Shown piece by piece: positions 46,753 to 57,477 of a DNA stretch of 64,000 nucleotides; position 1 is the stretch's first letter; every line of letters begins with the position of its first letter. This DNA is from Gracilinanus agilis. Its lineage: Eukaryota. The stretch is taken from positions 800,656,962-800,720,961 of the forward strand of contig NC_058130.1 in the NCBI RefSeq assembly GCF_016433145.1. Direction: 5' to 3'. Below the pieces are notes generated by a model. It was not told the origin of the DNA, made no database searches, and saw only the letters and a program-made list of their open reading frames with translations. Made by a program: the position numbers and the translations under genes.

Positions 46753-49700
46753 CTGAAAGAGAGCAGACGGGAGGGACACTGAGGGGTCAGGGTGGAGGCT
46801 GGGAGGCCCGGGGCGAGACTGGGGAGGGGGCGGCTGCACTCACTCCTCCTTCAGCACAGCACGGATGCACTTGCGCTGGTAGGCGCTCAACGTGATGGTG
46901 GCCTTCTGAGGGCTGGCCCCCCTCTCCATCTTGCGCTGCTGGTAGTCCTTCTTCATGGTGACCTGGGCACGGCACACTGCGATGACTATGGTGGCCCCGG
47001 CCCTGGCCCTCTGGCCCCCCCACGGGCCGCCCCACTCACCTGCCTGATGGCGTTGCCCAGGTGCCGCAGCTGCTCTGGGATCAGCTGGAGCTCCTTCTTC
47101 ATCTCTCTCTCGCTGTCGGAAAGGACAGGAAGCTGCGAGTGGAAGCCCCTCAACAGCTGCTTCATCCTTCCCGGGAGATATGGACAGATTTGTTGGGGGT
47201 GGGGGTGGCGTGGAAAGGAGCCCCCCCTTCCTGGGAGGCTGGGGCCACCCTCACCTGTTCATGATGTCCTCCTGGCGCTCTTTAGCCTCTTCGTACTTGT
47301 CCGCCAGGCGCTCGGCCATCTCCCGGAGGCTCTTCCTGAGGGTGGGGGAGCACAGCACTCTGAGTGAGAGTCCCCCAACACACAGGGCCTGGTCAGGGTC
47401 CTCCTGGCAGCCCCCGACTCACCTCTCCTCTCGACAGTAGTTCAAGTCTTCCAGCTGCTTCTTCTTCTGGCTGCATAACAGCTTGACCCTTGGAGGAGGG
47501 AGAAGGCACTTGCTCGAACCCTGGGCAGCAGGCGCTCCCCCTCCCCCCAACCCCAGCCTGGCCTCACCTCCGCTGGATCTCCTCCTTGGCCAGGTCTTGC
47601 TTCAGGATATACTCGTCTCGGAACACCTGTGTGGCCCTGCTCAGCAGCTGGAGGCACTCCTCGGGAGGGGGCGTCACATCCTTGTCGGAGGACCTTCGCG
47701 GGGTTCAGGGGCGTCAGGCCCCTCCTTCCCCGGGGCCCCCGCCCCCCGCCGTGCCCCAGAAGCTCCCCGCCTGCCCCCATACTTCAGAAACACGGGATTG
47801 GCGGCACTGCGCTGCAGGGTACTCCGGATGTGCTTCTCGAAGGAGTCCTGGGTTTCGGCCAGAATGCGCAGGGGAGACTCCGCCATGCCGACGTCCTCGC
47901 GGGCACACAGCAGGGGAGGGGACGTGGGGTGGACGGTGCTTCTGCCGGGTCAGGAGGAGGAGGAGGAGACGCTGGTCAGCAGACACGGCCCGGCCCCGGC
48001 CCCCCCGGCCCCCCCCCCCGGCCCGGCACTCACAGCAGAGGCCTGGTCAGGCACTCGTAGGTGTTGGTCACACACACCATGGTGGGCCCCAAGACGTCCG
48101 ACACGATCCAGAACCCTCGGATGGGCGCCGGCTGCCTAAGGAAACATCCCGCGAGGGCGTCACTGGGGAGGGGGCCGGTGCGAGGGGAGGGGGGCCATCC
48201 GTCCTTCCGTCCCTCCGCCCGTCCCTACCTGCACGGTAGAGGCTTCGTACAGAGGATGTGCTCCACGAAGCATTTCTGTTCAGTCGAGAGTTCTTGCAAA
48301 CTGTCTTTGTCTTCCTCATCTGCCGAGAGACGAGCCGCCTGGGTGGGGCGTCCCAAGTCCCCTCCCCTCCCCCTCCCCATGGAAGGGTCCCCCCGAGGTG
48401 GAACTCACCTGAACCCAGAAATCGGTGGAGTTTGTGGATCCAGGTGAGCCCCACGCTGTGAACGCCGGCCTCATGAGTGCAGTGGTAGCGGGAAGGACAC
48501 TTGGGGTCTGCAGGGGAAGTTGAGGCTCTCCTGAGGCAGCCACGGAGTGGCTCTTCACTGGGGTGGGGGCTTAAGGGCAGAGCCTGGGTCTGCCCCCGCC
48601 TCCACTCTCCCTCACCCAGGCTGGCCCGGGGTCCCACGGCAACCTCAGTGACTGCCCCACCGGAGGTTTCTTCTCGGGCCTCAGCCTCCTTGACGCCGGT
48701 GGGCAGAGACTACATGGGTCACGCAGGGAGCCGCAGGACAGCCTGGCTCCCTGCCACGGGGAACCGTCCTCAGCCTCCTCGGCCGGCCACTCCCCAGGGA
48801 CGCCCTCGGCTCCTGCCTCCAGTGGGACTCCTTCTCTTCCCCAAGGCCTTCCCTCGAGCTGCAAAGGGCGCCGCCACCCCCACCTCCCACCTGGCTTAGC
48901 GCCATTGCTGCCGGGAGCTCTGCTGGCCCCTCGTGCTCCCGGACTCCAGCCCGGGGCCCATTCAGCCCCCCCAGCACGGGCAGGCTGCACCCCCATCTCC
49001 CGCTCCCGAGTCCTCCGTGTCCCGACCCCTCGAGGGGGATGCGGGGAGGCCAGGGCCCCCCTCACCTCGGTGCAGCTTGATGGGACATGAGAAGTCCGAC
49101 TCGAGGGGGTCGTCGTCGTCGTCCTCTGCGGAGGCCAGTCTCAGAGCCAGCTCCAGCTCGACGCACTCGAACACGTAGAGGGACGGGATGAGGTCGGCCC
49201 GGGAGTCCCAGGACTTCTCGGACTGCAAGAGGCCCAGGGGAGGGGGAGGGGGAGGTCAGGCCTGGCCAGTGCCAGCAGCTCACAGCTGACCTCTCTTGGG
49301 CCTGGGGGGGCGGAGGGGGGTCCTCACGTGCTGCTCGTCCTCAGAGTCCTCGCCTTCCAGCACCACGCAGTGGTACAGCATCCCCGACTCGGTGGCGATG
49401 ACGAGGATGTTGGGCACGCAGGGCAGGCAGAGCACGGCACAGGCGTCGTAGCCGTAGTTGTCCTCGGCGGCTGGGTGCATGGGCAGGGGGCCCAGCAGCT
49501 TCCCCAGGGTCCCGGCGCTGGACAGGCAAAAAGGCGGTCAGAGCCGGGCCGTGCCCGACCCTGGGCCTGGGCAGGTTGCTGGGGCAACAGGGGTGCCGTG
49601 AGGAAACTGAGGCAGGACCAGAGCCAGGACGCGAGTGCGAGGCCCTCCGGGCCTGGCGGCCACATGCCTCTCTGCACCCTCGAAGGGCCCAAGATGAGGC

Positions 49701-52700
49701 GTCTGGCGCGGCTCACCTTTGCATCAGGCTCACGTAGGTGAGGAAGGTCTCCCCGTTCTCGTACAGGATGTACAGCGGGTAGGCCAGCACCTCCTCTTTG
49801 CTGCGCTGCCCAAACACATTCTTGGGCACTGTCGCCAGGGGGCCGAAGTCAAAGGCAACCGCAGTCTCTCCGAGGGATGCTGTGTACGCCCTCCTGCAAG
49901 CGTGACAGCGGAAGGAGAGCGTCTCAGAGGAATCCCACCCGCCGCCAAGCGGTAGGCCAGGGCACCGGGGCTCCCTGGGACGAGAACGGGGCAGTCCCGG
50001 CCCTCCGGGCCCAGGGTCGGGAGAAGCTGCAAGCGGAAGGGCCCCTTGAATCCTTGTCATGTGGTCCCCAGAACCTGGAAGGAACGCTGCCTCCTGGGGA
50101 TCACTAGCTGTCCCGAGTGCCCAGGGGGAGGAGGATGCGAGCCGTGGGGCCCCTGGGGGTCCTTGGACCCAGCTCAGCAGGGTTGGCAGCCTACTGCCCC
50201 ATCCCTCACTCACCCTTTATTGAGGACCAAGCTCTCCTCCTCCGTGTCAGAAAGGGGAATCACTTTCACTGGGATCTGGGGCTCCCGCAGACAATAGATC
50301 CTAGAGGCGTCCCGAGAGGAGAAACAAACATTTATCGACCCTACACTGAGATGCTCCCGGCTCAGCAGACTCTCCACGGAACCTGTGTGGTCCAGCACAG
50401 ACCAGCTGAGGCACCTGCCCACACCTCAGGGACGGGACAACCCCCAAAGGGTTCAGTAGGCTTGGACTCTATGGGATGGTCTGTTCTCTGCATCCAAGTT
50501 ATCTCCTCCACTGGGGCCTCCTTTTTCACCCTCCACAAACAGGCTCTGTCTAGTAACGGCTAAGGGCTCGCCAAATAGGAAGTGGCTGAGGCCACATCTG
50601 AACCCAGGAACTCCTGCCTGCAGGCCTCATGCTCGATCCACTACACCACTTAGTTTTCTTGATGCCCGAGTGCCTTTCACTCTTTAGAAGTAGCGGTCCT
50701 CCTTTCCCAGGGAAAAGGAGTTTCATCAGAGTTCTGTGGCTAGCTTCTACTTTTCCAGCACCCTCAGTTCCCAGCATCCCTTGTCAAAAAGAATGAATAA
50801 AGAAAAGGAGTCGTTCAGGCTATGCCGTTCCTCGCCCATCACTGCCCACCTCTGCCAAGAAGGCAAGGATGGAAGGTCCCTTTGCGTGGCTCTTGTCCCG
50901 GAGGCCTCAGGCTTCCCTGGGCCGCCATGCTTCAAACCTCTTCTAAGCCCTCCCTGACTCTTTCCTTAGGCTTCTCTCAAGCCACGAGGAGGCCACATGA
51001 TCCGCCCACCTCGAAAGCCAGCACTAATTCCGACATTTCAGGAAAATCACTGTCGGGAGCTATTAAGAGAAATTAGAATCTCAAGTAGATATTTTTATCT
51101 GGACCCCCTCAAAAGATCAATACAGATCGGCAGAGCCGTGTATCGGTTTTTCTCCCTAATCAGGTCGAGACGGAGTGGGATATCTAAGACAAAAATCTGA
51201 GATTCCTCTTTTGATTCCTTTCATAATTCTCACCTTCCTTCAAAATGCATTACAGTCTTATTGAAAAAGCTTTGGGCTCTCAGCACTCCAGCAGGAGGGG
51301 GGCTAACTCTGTTCCCCTTTGACCGAGAACACGGATGGCTGGTACAGCCAAGGTCGAACCCTTGGCAGGGTATTTTGCCCCGAATTAAAGTAAAATAATG
51401 AGGCTCAAAAAATTGTTTAATACCATCAAGGCTGAGAAAATGCCGGGGCTTTCTGACCTAATGGAGATGTCCCAGGCTTCATTTAAAGAGCATAGGTTTT
51501 TTTATCTACACCTGGAGGCTTCTAAGGCTTTTGTTTTGACTATAGTAAAAATCTTGCTCTCTGTAACTGTGGGAAACTTTCTTGGGCTTTTGGGGAAGGG
51601 GATCTTTAATTTCCTTTATAATAAAGTGGCTACTTCAGTATTTTTTGGAGTACTATGAGCTAACAAGCCGTGCTTCTAATCTGTTTCATTCTTTGCATCC
51701 GACAACCACCCAGGCCACTCAGATTAGTCTCTGGTTATAGAGCAGGTTCTCTATAAATCACCTTGGCAGCTGATCAGGGAACGGAAGGAAGAGGGGAGAG
51801 ACCGGAGAGAGGGAGAAGGCTGAGAAGGCTTCTCCGATGGCCCGGGGAAGGGTGAGGAAGGACTCATCTCAGATGGGACAGACTGAGAAGAGAAAATGGC
51901 GAAGCCCCAAAGGGAAGGCCAGGGTGAGGGAGCAGTTGGGCAAAGAAAATAAGTTCCCTTTGGGGCCCGCCGAATTGAGGGTGCTTCTGGTCTTCAGCTG
52001 ACTGTCACCTTCCTATCTATGTCTCTTTGGAGAAAGGGGGATTTTATCCAAGACTGGAAGGTACCCAGGAGGCAGAGATTACAGGACACAACCAGGGAGA
52101 TGTGGAGTGTTATGTAGGTGTTAGAGTAAGAAGACTGGGGGACTGGGGGGCGGGGCGGGGGTTAAGAAGGGCTTTGAAGGCCAAACCAAGGATGCAATTG
52201 ACCAGGCATGAGGAGATGAGGACGTGTGCAATGGACAAGAGAAACTGCCCAGGAAAATTGCCAGGTGTTGTCCAAAGCCTGGATCTGAGGGGTGAGAGAC
52301 GGTGAGTTCAAAATGACTCCTATATTGGGTGCCTGGGGGTGCCCCAGTTGGTAACAGGGAAAGTGGTGGGGGAGGGATTAAGGGAAAGAGAACAAATTCT
52401 GTTTTGGACACACTGAGATTCAGATGTCGACTGGCCATCCATTTGGAGGTGCCAGGTTGGAAGTCAATGGAGAGGGAGTCCTGAACAACACTTACAGTCA
52501 GTGGGCATAACCTGGATGAAGATGCAGCCAAAGGGATAGAGATAGGGTCAGAGAAGGAGGAGAAGAACCAGGAAGGGGAGTGGGGGGAATGGGAGGGGAT
52601 AGAATACTATTGTGCTCAAAGGAATAATGAACTGGAGGAACTCCATGTGAACTGGAAAGACCTCCAGGAAGTGATGCAGAGTGAAAGGAGCAGAACCAGG

Positions 52701-55700
52701 AGAACATTGTACACAGAGACGGATACATTGTAGCACGATCGAATGTAACTGACTTTGCTTCTGAGAAAGAAGCTCTCCACAACCAGAGAAAGAACTGTGG
52801 GAGTAGAAATGCAGAAGAAAAACATATGATCGATAATGTAGTTTGATGAGGATATGACTGGGGATGTTGATTCTAAACGATCACCCTAGTGCAAATATCA
52901 ATAATAAGGAAATAGGTCTGGATCAATAACACATATAAAACCCAATGGAATTGTGTGTTTGCTATGGGAGAGGGGTGGGAAAGAACATAAACCATGGAAC
53001 CATGGAAAAATGTTCTTAATCAATCAATTAAATAAAATTGAAAAAATTGAAAAAAAAAGGAAGGCAGACTCCAGTGGAGTGCTTCAGGGCTCTACGCTCA
53101 GTGATATGTTGGTTTAACATTTTTACCAATGACCTGGCTAAATGACAAGAAGGAATGTTCTTATGATTTGTAGAGGGCTCATAGCTGGGAGGAGAGCTCT
53201 TCTGGGTTGGAGAACAAGTTAAAATTCTGGGGCAGCTGAAATATAAGGAAAGCAGATAGAAATAAAGTGTGGCCAGACATTAATTTTGCTAACAAAGATT
53301 GAGAGACGGCAGAGGACTCCAAGCTCACATAGCCCTTCTCTAGGCCTTACCATGTCCTGGAGATGACTCGCCCTGCTAAAGAAGCATGAGCTCCATAAGA
53401 GTCCACCAGGCCAAAATTCAAAACTGGCTTATGTCATTTTCCTTCTTTTAGACCACTTATCTGAGCCTAGTTCTTTCTTCTTCATGTGGGTAATCCCGGG
53501 ACCACTGCTCTCCCTACCCCATCACCCCCAATCTCTGAAGGGCCAGCACGTTCGACAGCTTCCAACACCTCTTTCCAGACCAGCAGACTGAAAGAACTCT
53601 CTCCTGATTCCAATCCTGCCTGCTAGGCTCCTGAGAGGGCTCAGCAATGCTGGACTCTACCATGCAAGCATGCCTCCTAGCCACAGGGGTCCTGATGGCT
53701 CCCTTCCCTCCCCTTTCCTCTGCCAGGCAGGGCCCCAGGACAGCCGAATGGGGAGCTCCTCTCAGCAGGGCTGGTCCCTACCGTATCACGTTGTCTGATG
53801 TCAGCAGCACCACATGAGGGTCGAGCACTTCACTTGGGTACCAAGCGGCATGCTTCAGGCTCAGGGAAGGGGAACTGTTGAAGAATCTTTCAGCTATAGG
53901 AGTCGTGCTGCAAGACAGAAGCCTCCGTGATTCTCCTCTGTTGGAGCTCTTGGGAAATTTGGACTCAAAACATGTGATCGTCTCTACTTGTTCATTCTAC
54001 AACGCGGCCAGAGACAGCCACCTGTCTTGTTTTCAGATGACTTTTTCGGGCCCAAAGACCACAATCCGCTGATCGCTGTTAGAGGGGGAAATCAGGGTCT
54101 CGAAATAGTGGGCCCAATCGCTCGGCTTCTGAGGGGGCTCCAAAGGGCAGTCATAAAACTTTAAAGAAAAACCTCACTGGCTGTGCCTCAGCCACTGATC
54201 CTGCCAGAAACACAAGCAAGAACTTCCCCAAGATAAGCCAAACCCGGCTGCCCCCACCACACACCTGCACGTGGCCTGGAGGGCTTCCTGCACCCCACAT
54301 GCTCTGATGGGAAGATTCAAACTTACCTGCAGTTCACTGTGGATTTCCCGCCTTCAAATTCAGAATTTTTCCCCCATCGTTTGGGTAACTCTAACACCGT
54401 AAGGCCTTTGTTGCCAATGAGAGCCACGTGATGGTGAGTCGGGCTTAGCAGGACTTGGTAGATTTCAAAAAGGGGCGGATTTATACAAAGCAATCTCTGG
54501 AAATGAAAGGAGGCATTCGGATGGGAAGGCGATTTGCAAGGGGAAAAGACCCCAGTTAAGGGGAAGCTGTGAAGCGAACCCAAAGCAGTCTTTTATTTGA
54601 ACTATTTTGAAAGAAATTCTTCATTCACATTATTAGTCAACAAAAAGAGCAAAATCCTCCCCACCCCCTCCGGCAGGCCCGAGTTCTCCCAAGTCTCCTT
54701 TTTCCCTCTCCGCCTGCTTTCTAGCCTTTTCTCTTGGACTCCTGGCCATGGCCAGCAAGGAAAGTGAGCATCTTTAGGCAGGGAGGAAGGCGTCTTCTTG
54801 CACACACAGAAGTTCGGTCTCTCGTTAGTTGGGTGTTTACAAAGGATTCTAATTCATCTAGGTGTGAGGGGAAGATGAACGATGATTGAAGAGGAAAAGC
54901 AATGCAGCACAGGCCAGGGTCATTATGACCGGGCAGGTATGGACTTCAGGAAAGCTTGGATTCAAATTCTGCTGGTGTGACCCATGTGGCCGAATCCACT
55001 CCCCTCCTCCACAGAGTGGGGGATGGAAGGTGGCCTCCAAAGGGCTAAGACCTGATGGAAATGGTTTAGAGTTCCCCCTTTTGAGTTATTTTTAAACATT
55101 CATTAAAGCATTTGTCTTTGGTCCTGAATTCTCTTCCTCCCACCCCTCCCCCAACCACTATGAAGGCAAGAAATGTGCTCTCCGTCATCCCAGACGCATT
55201 TCCACACTAGCCGTATTGCTAGAAAAAAACCCACGCAAATCAAGTTTAGAAACCGAGGTTTGCTCTGCATCGGCCTCCGTTAGCTCTTTCCCTGGAGGCC
55301 GAGTGCACTTGTGGGCACCCCGAGCCCTCTGAGGTCCTTGCTGAGAGAAGAAGCCGAGTCCTTTGCGTGCTGTTCCCGCTGAGCATGTTCTCTGGCTGCT
55401 GCTCACTTCACTTTGCATCAGTTCATGCCAACAGTCGTGCTCACATGGTATTCCACCACACTCACATGCCACAGCCCCCTCCTTACCATTCTTGGCCCAC
55501 GTTTTTGTTCACTGGGGGCCTTTCCCCCTTCTAAAAACATCTCTTTGGGCCTCAGACCTGGCAGTCACATATTGCTGGATCAAAGGGTACATGCGCAGCG
55601 TTAGAGCCCTTTGGCCCGTCCCAAATGGTTCTCCACCAATAGCACTGGAGTGCTGCAAGCAGCCTGGGCCCCCTCCACCATTTCTCATTTCCCTCTTCTG

Positions 55701-56785
55701 GCCCATTGGCCAATGTGACAGATGCGAGCTATGGAACTATTTAAAGGCACAGTGAAAAAGTGCCTCTGACTAACCGGTGGTGGCCCTTTAACTGCAGAGG
55801 TCCGGAGACCCTCTCCCACTCAGCAGAGGGCCTTCGTTGGGGACCTTTGCTCCTTCGCCTCTGGTCCAATGCCAGGCTTGAGTCGACAAGAGTTCAGGAG
55901 TGCCAAGAACTAGAGGAGCTTCCTCCCTGGGGCTCCAATCGGCTTCACTCCAGCCCTGGCCGGGACCCCTAACTATCAAAAATCCACACTGCCCTTGTTC
56001 CTGGATGGGACTTGCCAACCAACTGGATCAGGCCTCTTGAGCACCAGGGGTCAGCCCCTGCCACTCACTACTTGGCCCCAGATTGGCGCTGGCTGGTAGC
56101 ACTAGTTATTCACCTGTGCACGTACAGCTCGGTGCCTCAGGGATAGAGTGCTGGGCCCGGAGGCAGGAGAAACTGGGTTCAAATTTGGCCTCTGACCGTA
56201 CCCTCGGCCAAGTCACTCAGCTCAACCTGCCTCAGTTTCTTCATTTGCAAAACGAAAGGGCAGGGCAGGGCAAAGCGCTCCAGGATCTCTGCCCAGAAAA
56301 CCCCGGGCAGGTTTAACAACACCGAAAGACTCTGTGCCGCTCCTCTCTCACAGCCCCCCAGCCCTCTGCACACTCCGCGCAGATATAATCCAGTCCAAGC
56401 CCTCCCAAGCCCCTTCCAAAGTACAACCTCGCTCCCACGCCCCGAAGACTCGGTCCCGCGCCGCCGTTACCTGGTAACGGCCGAGGGCCGGGCCCTCGCC
56501 GCCTCCGCTCCCGCTGCCGCCCCCGCTCCCGTCGCCGGAGGCGGAGCCCGGGCCGCGCAAGCGTACCGCCAGAAAAGCGCCGGCCGCACCGTCCCACAGG
56601 AAGAGCTCGGCGCCGAGCCCGAAAAGAAGGTTCCGGGTGAGGCTGGGCGGCCCTGGTTGCTCGGCGCCGGGCACGGGAGGGCTCTGCCCCCGCAGCCCCT
56701 CGCGTAATCGCACAAACACAACATGCTGGGGCAGCCATAGCCGCCACTGCTCGCCGTCGCCGCCGGCCTCCTCGGCCGCCGCCAT
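46689..56785 (-). CDS. NUP88: Nucleoporin 88, complete 17-exon gene; 2256 nt CDS, 751 aa
   Basis: complement join(56471-56785,54327-54496,53782-53907,50214-50300,49717-49893,49328-49517,49066-49222,48409-48507,48229-48319,48034-48135,47783-47941,47568-47693,47423-47488,47255-47335,47040-47166,46844-46962,46689-46752). All introns are GT-AG. Translation runs MAAAE...[14 protein letters not shown]...[10 protein letters not shown]. Confidence 0.98.
46844..46962 (-). CDS. NUP88: NUP88 exon 16
   Basis: [13 protein letters not shown]...SAYQRKCI. Confidence 0.97.
47040..47166 (-). CDS. NUP88: NUP88 exon 15
   Basis: [19 protein letters not shown]...LGNAIRQ. Confidence 0.97.
47255..47335 (-). CDS. 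NUP88: NUP88 exon 14
   Basis: [26 protein letters not shown]. Confidence 0.98.
47423..47488 (-). CDS. NUP88: NUP88 exon 13
   Basis: [21 protein letters not shown]. Confidence 0.97.
47568..47693 (-). CDS. NUP88: NUP88 exon 12
   Basis: [24 protein letters not shown]...EEIQR; weak AAG acceptor. Confidence 0.94.
47783..47941 (-). CDS. NUP88: NUP88 exon 11
   Basis: [12 protein letters not shown]...SFEKHIRS...NPVFL. Confidence 0.97.
48034..48135 (-). CDS. NUP88: NUP88 exon 10
   Basis: [19 protein letters not shown]...YECL. Confidence 0.97.
48229..48319 (-). CDS. NUP88: NUP88 exon 9
   Basis: [11 protein letters not shown]...[11 protein letters not shown]. Confidence 0.98.
48409..48507 (-). CDS. 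NUP88: NUP88 exon 8
   Basis: [27 protein letters not shown]. Confidence 0.98.
49066..49222 (-). CDS. NUP88: NUP88 exon 7
   Basis: [25 protein letters not shown]...CPIKLHR. Confidence 0.98.
49328..49517 (-). CDS. NUP88: NUP88 exon 6
   Basis: [28 protein letters not shown]...EDEQH. Confidence 0.98.
49717..49893 (-). CDS. NUP88: NUP88 exon 5
   Basis: [18 protein letters not shown]...[16 protein letters not shown]. Confidence 0.98.
50214..50300 (-). CDS. NUP88: NUP88 exon 4
   Basis: IYCLREPQ...EEESLVLNK. Confidence 0.97.
52030..52560 (-). mobile_element. L2 fragment
   Basis: aaattctgttttggacacactgagattcagatg... Confidence 0.55.
52599..53058 (+). mobile_element. Marsupial L1 3' end
   Basis: Near-identical opening to 19440-19600 (atactattgtgct...tgtgaactggaaagacctcc); A tail. 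Confidence 0.87.
53073..53200 (+). mobile_element. CR1/L3 RT fragment
   Basis: Frameshifted SGVLQGS...FNIFTNDL...LGG resembles CR1 SGVPQGS..LFNIFINDL. Confidence 0.55.
53782..53907 (-). CDS. NUP88: NUP88 exon 3
   Basis: TTPIAERFF...HAAWYPSE...TSDNVI. Confidence 0.98.
54327..54496 (-). CDS. NUP88: NUP88 exon 2
   Basis: [14 protein letters not shown]...GGKSTVNC. Confidence 0.98.
55090..55740 (-). mobile_element. Old L1 3' region, GC-shifted
   Basis: tcacttcactttgcatcagttca; attgctggatcaaagggta; gccaatgtgacag. Confidence 0.6.
56150..56260 (+). mobile_element. MIR/CORE-SINE
   Basis: ctgggttcaaatttggcctctgac...gcctcagtttcttcatttgcaaaa. Confidence 0.65.
56471..56785 (-). CDS. NUP88: NUP88 exon 1
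   Basis: [24 protein letters not shown]...PALGRYQ; AAGATGGCGGC start context. Confidence 0.96.
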
Positions 56786-57393
56786 CTTCTCCCGTGCTGC
56801 CCGCTTGGGCACCTCCCCCTCCTGCTCTCCAATCAATACCCGCCAACCTCTGCTCCAGCCAATGAACGCAGATCTTTGTGCCTGTCCAATTAATGAGCCT
56901 CCTCTCTGGCCAATCAGGCACGATTGCTGTTCTCCTGTCCAATCCGAGCGCGAGGCTGCGGGGCGGGGTTGTTGACGCTAATCCGCTGAGATCTAAATCG
57001 GGAGCGTGGGCCTGGGGACTGGGTGGGCCTCTCCTGAAAACGACTCCTCCCTTTCGTTCCCATAAGCCAAACCGAAGCCCCTCGGATCCTTTTCGTAGGG
57101 TCCTCGTGATGCTGTTCTTTTGGGGCTAAAGCATCAGGACTGGCAGAGCCCAGCCAAAGAAAGAAGCCGCCACGCCATCAGTTTTTCTCCCGCTACGGAA
57201 GGGGGTAGGTGGGGGGCGGGGCCTGGAAAAGCGAGAATGTTGTGGACTACTGTTTCCAGCATGCTCCGGACACGCTCACGCCTGCGCACTCCGCGGCGGG
57301 ACTACTGTTCCCAGCATGCTCCGGGGGAGGCGGAATTAGGGGCCTCCACGGCCCCACGGGCTCGCTCGGGAGGCAGCCTTCTCTCTGGGCATC
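56786..57393. promoter_or_regulatory. NUP88/RPAIN bidirectional CpG-island promoter
   Basis: 608 nt between divergent ATGs; five CCAAT boxes; GC boxes; two ACTAC..TCCCAGCATGC-type ZNF143 motifs; YY1 motif over the NUP88 ATG. Confidence 0.9.
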
Positions 57394-57477
57394 ATGGAGG
57401 AGACAGCGGCGGGGCAGGGACGGCGCGAGCTTCACAAGCGTCGGGGGGGCCCATTCTGGAAGGAGACGTACCGTCAG
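57394..57477 (+). CDS. RPAIN: RPAIN exon 1 (coding part)
   Basis: MEETAAGQGRRELHKRRGGPFWKETYRQ; CAG|GTGAGC donor. Confidence 0.88.

Noticed and set aside
56786-56836. Longer NUP88 start (MIGEQ..., TTG-initiated ORF-track call)
   Set aside because: Homology and the AAGATGGCGGC context support the ATG at 56785; the extension runs into the CCAAT array.
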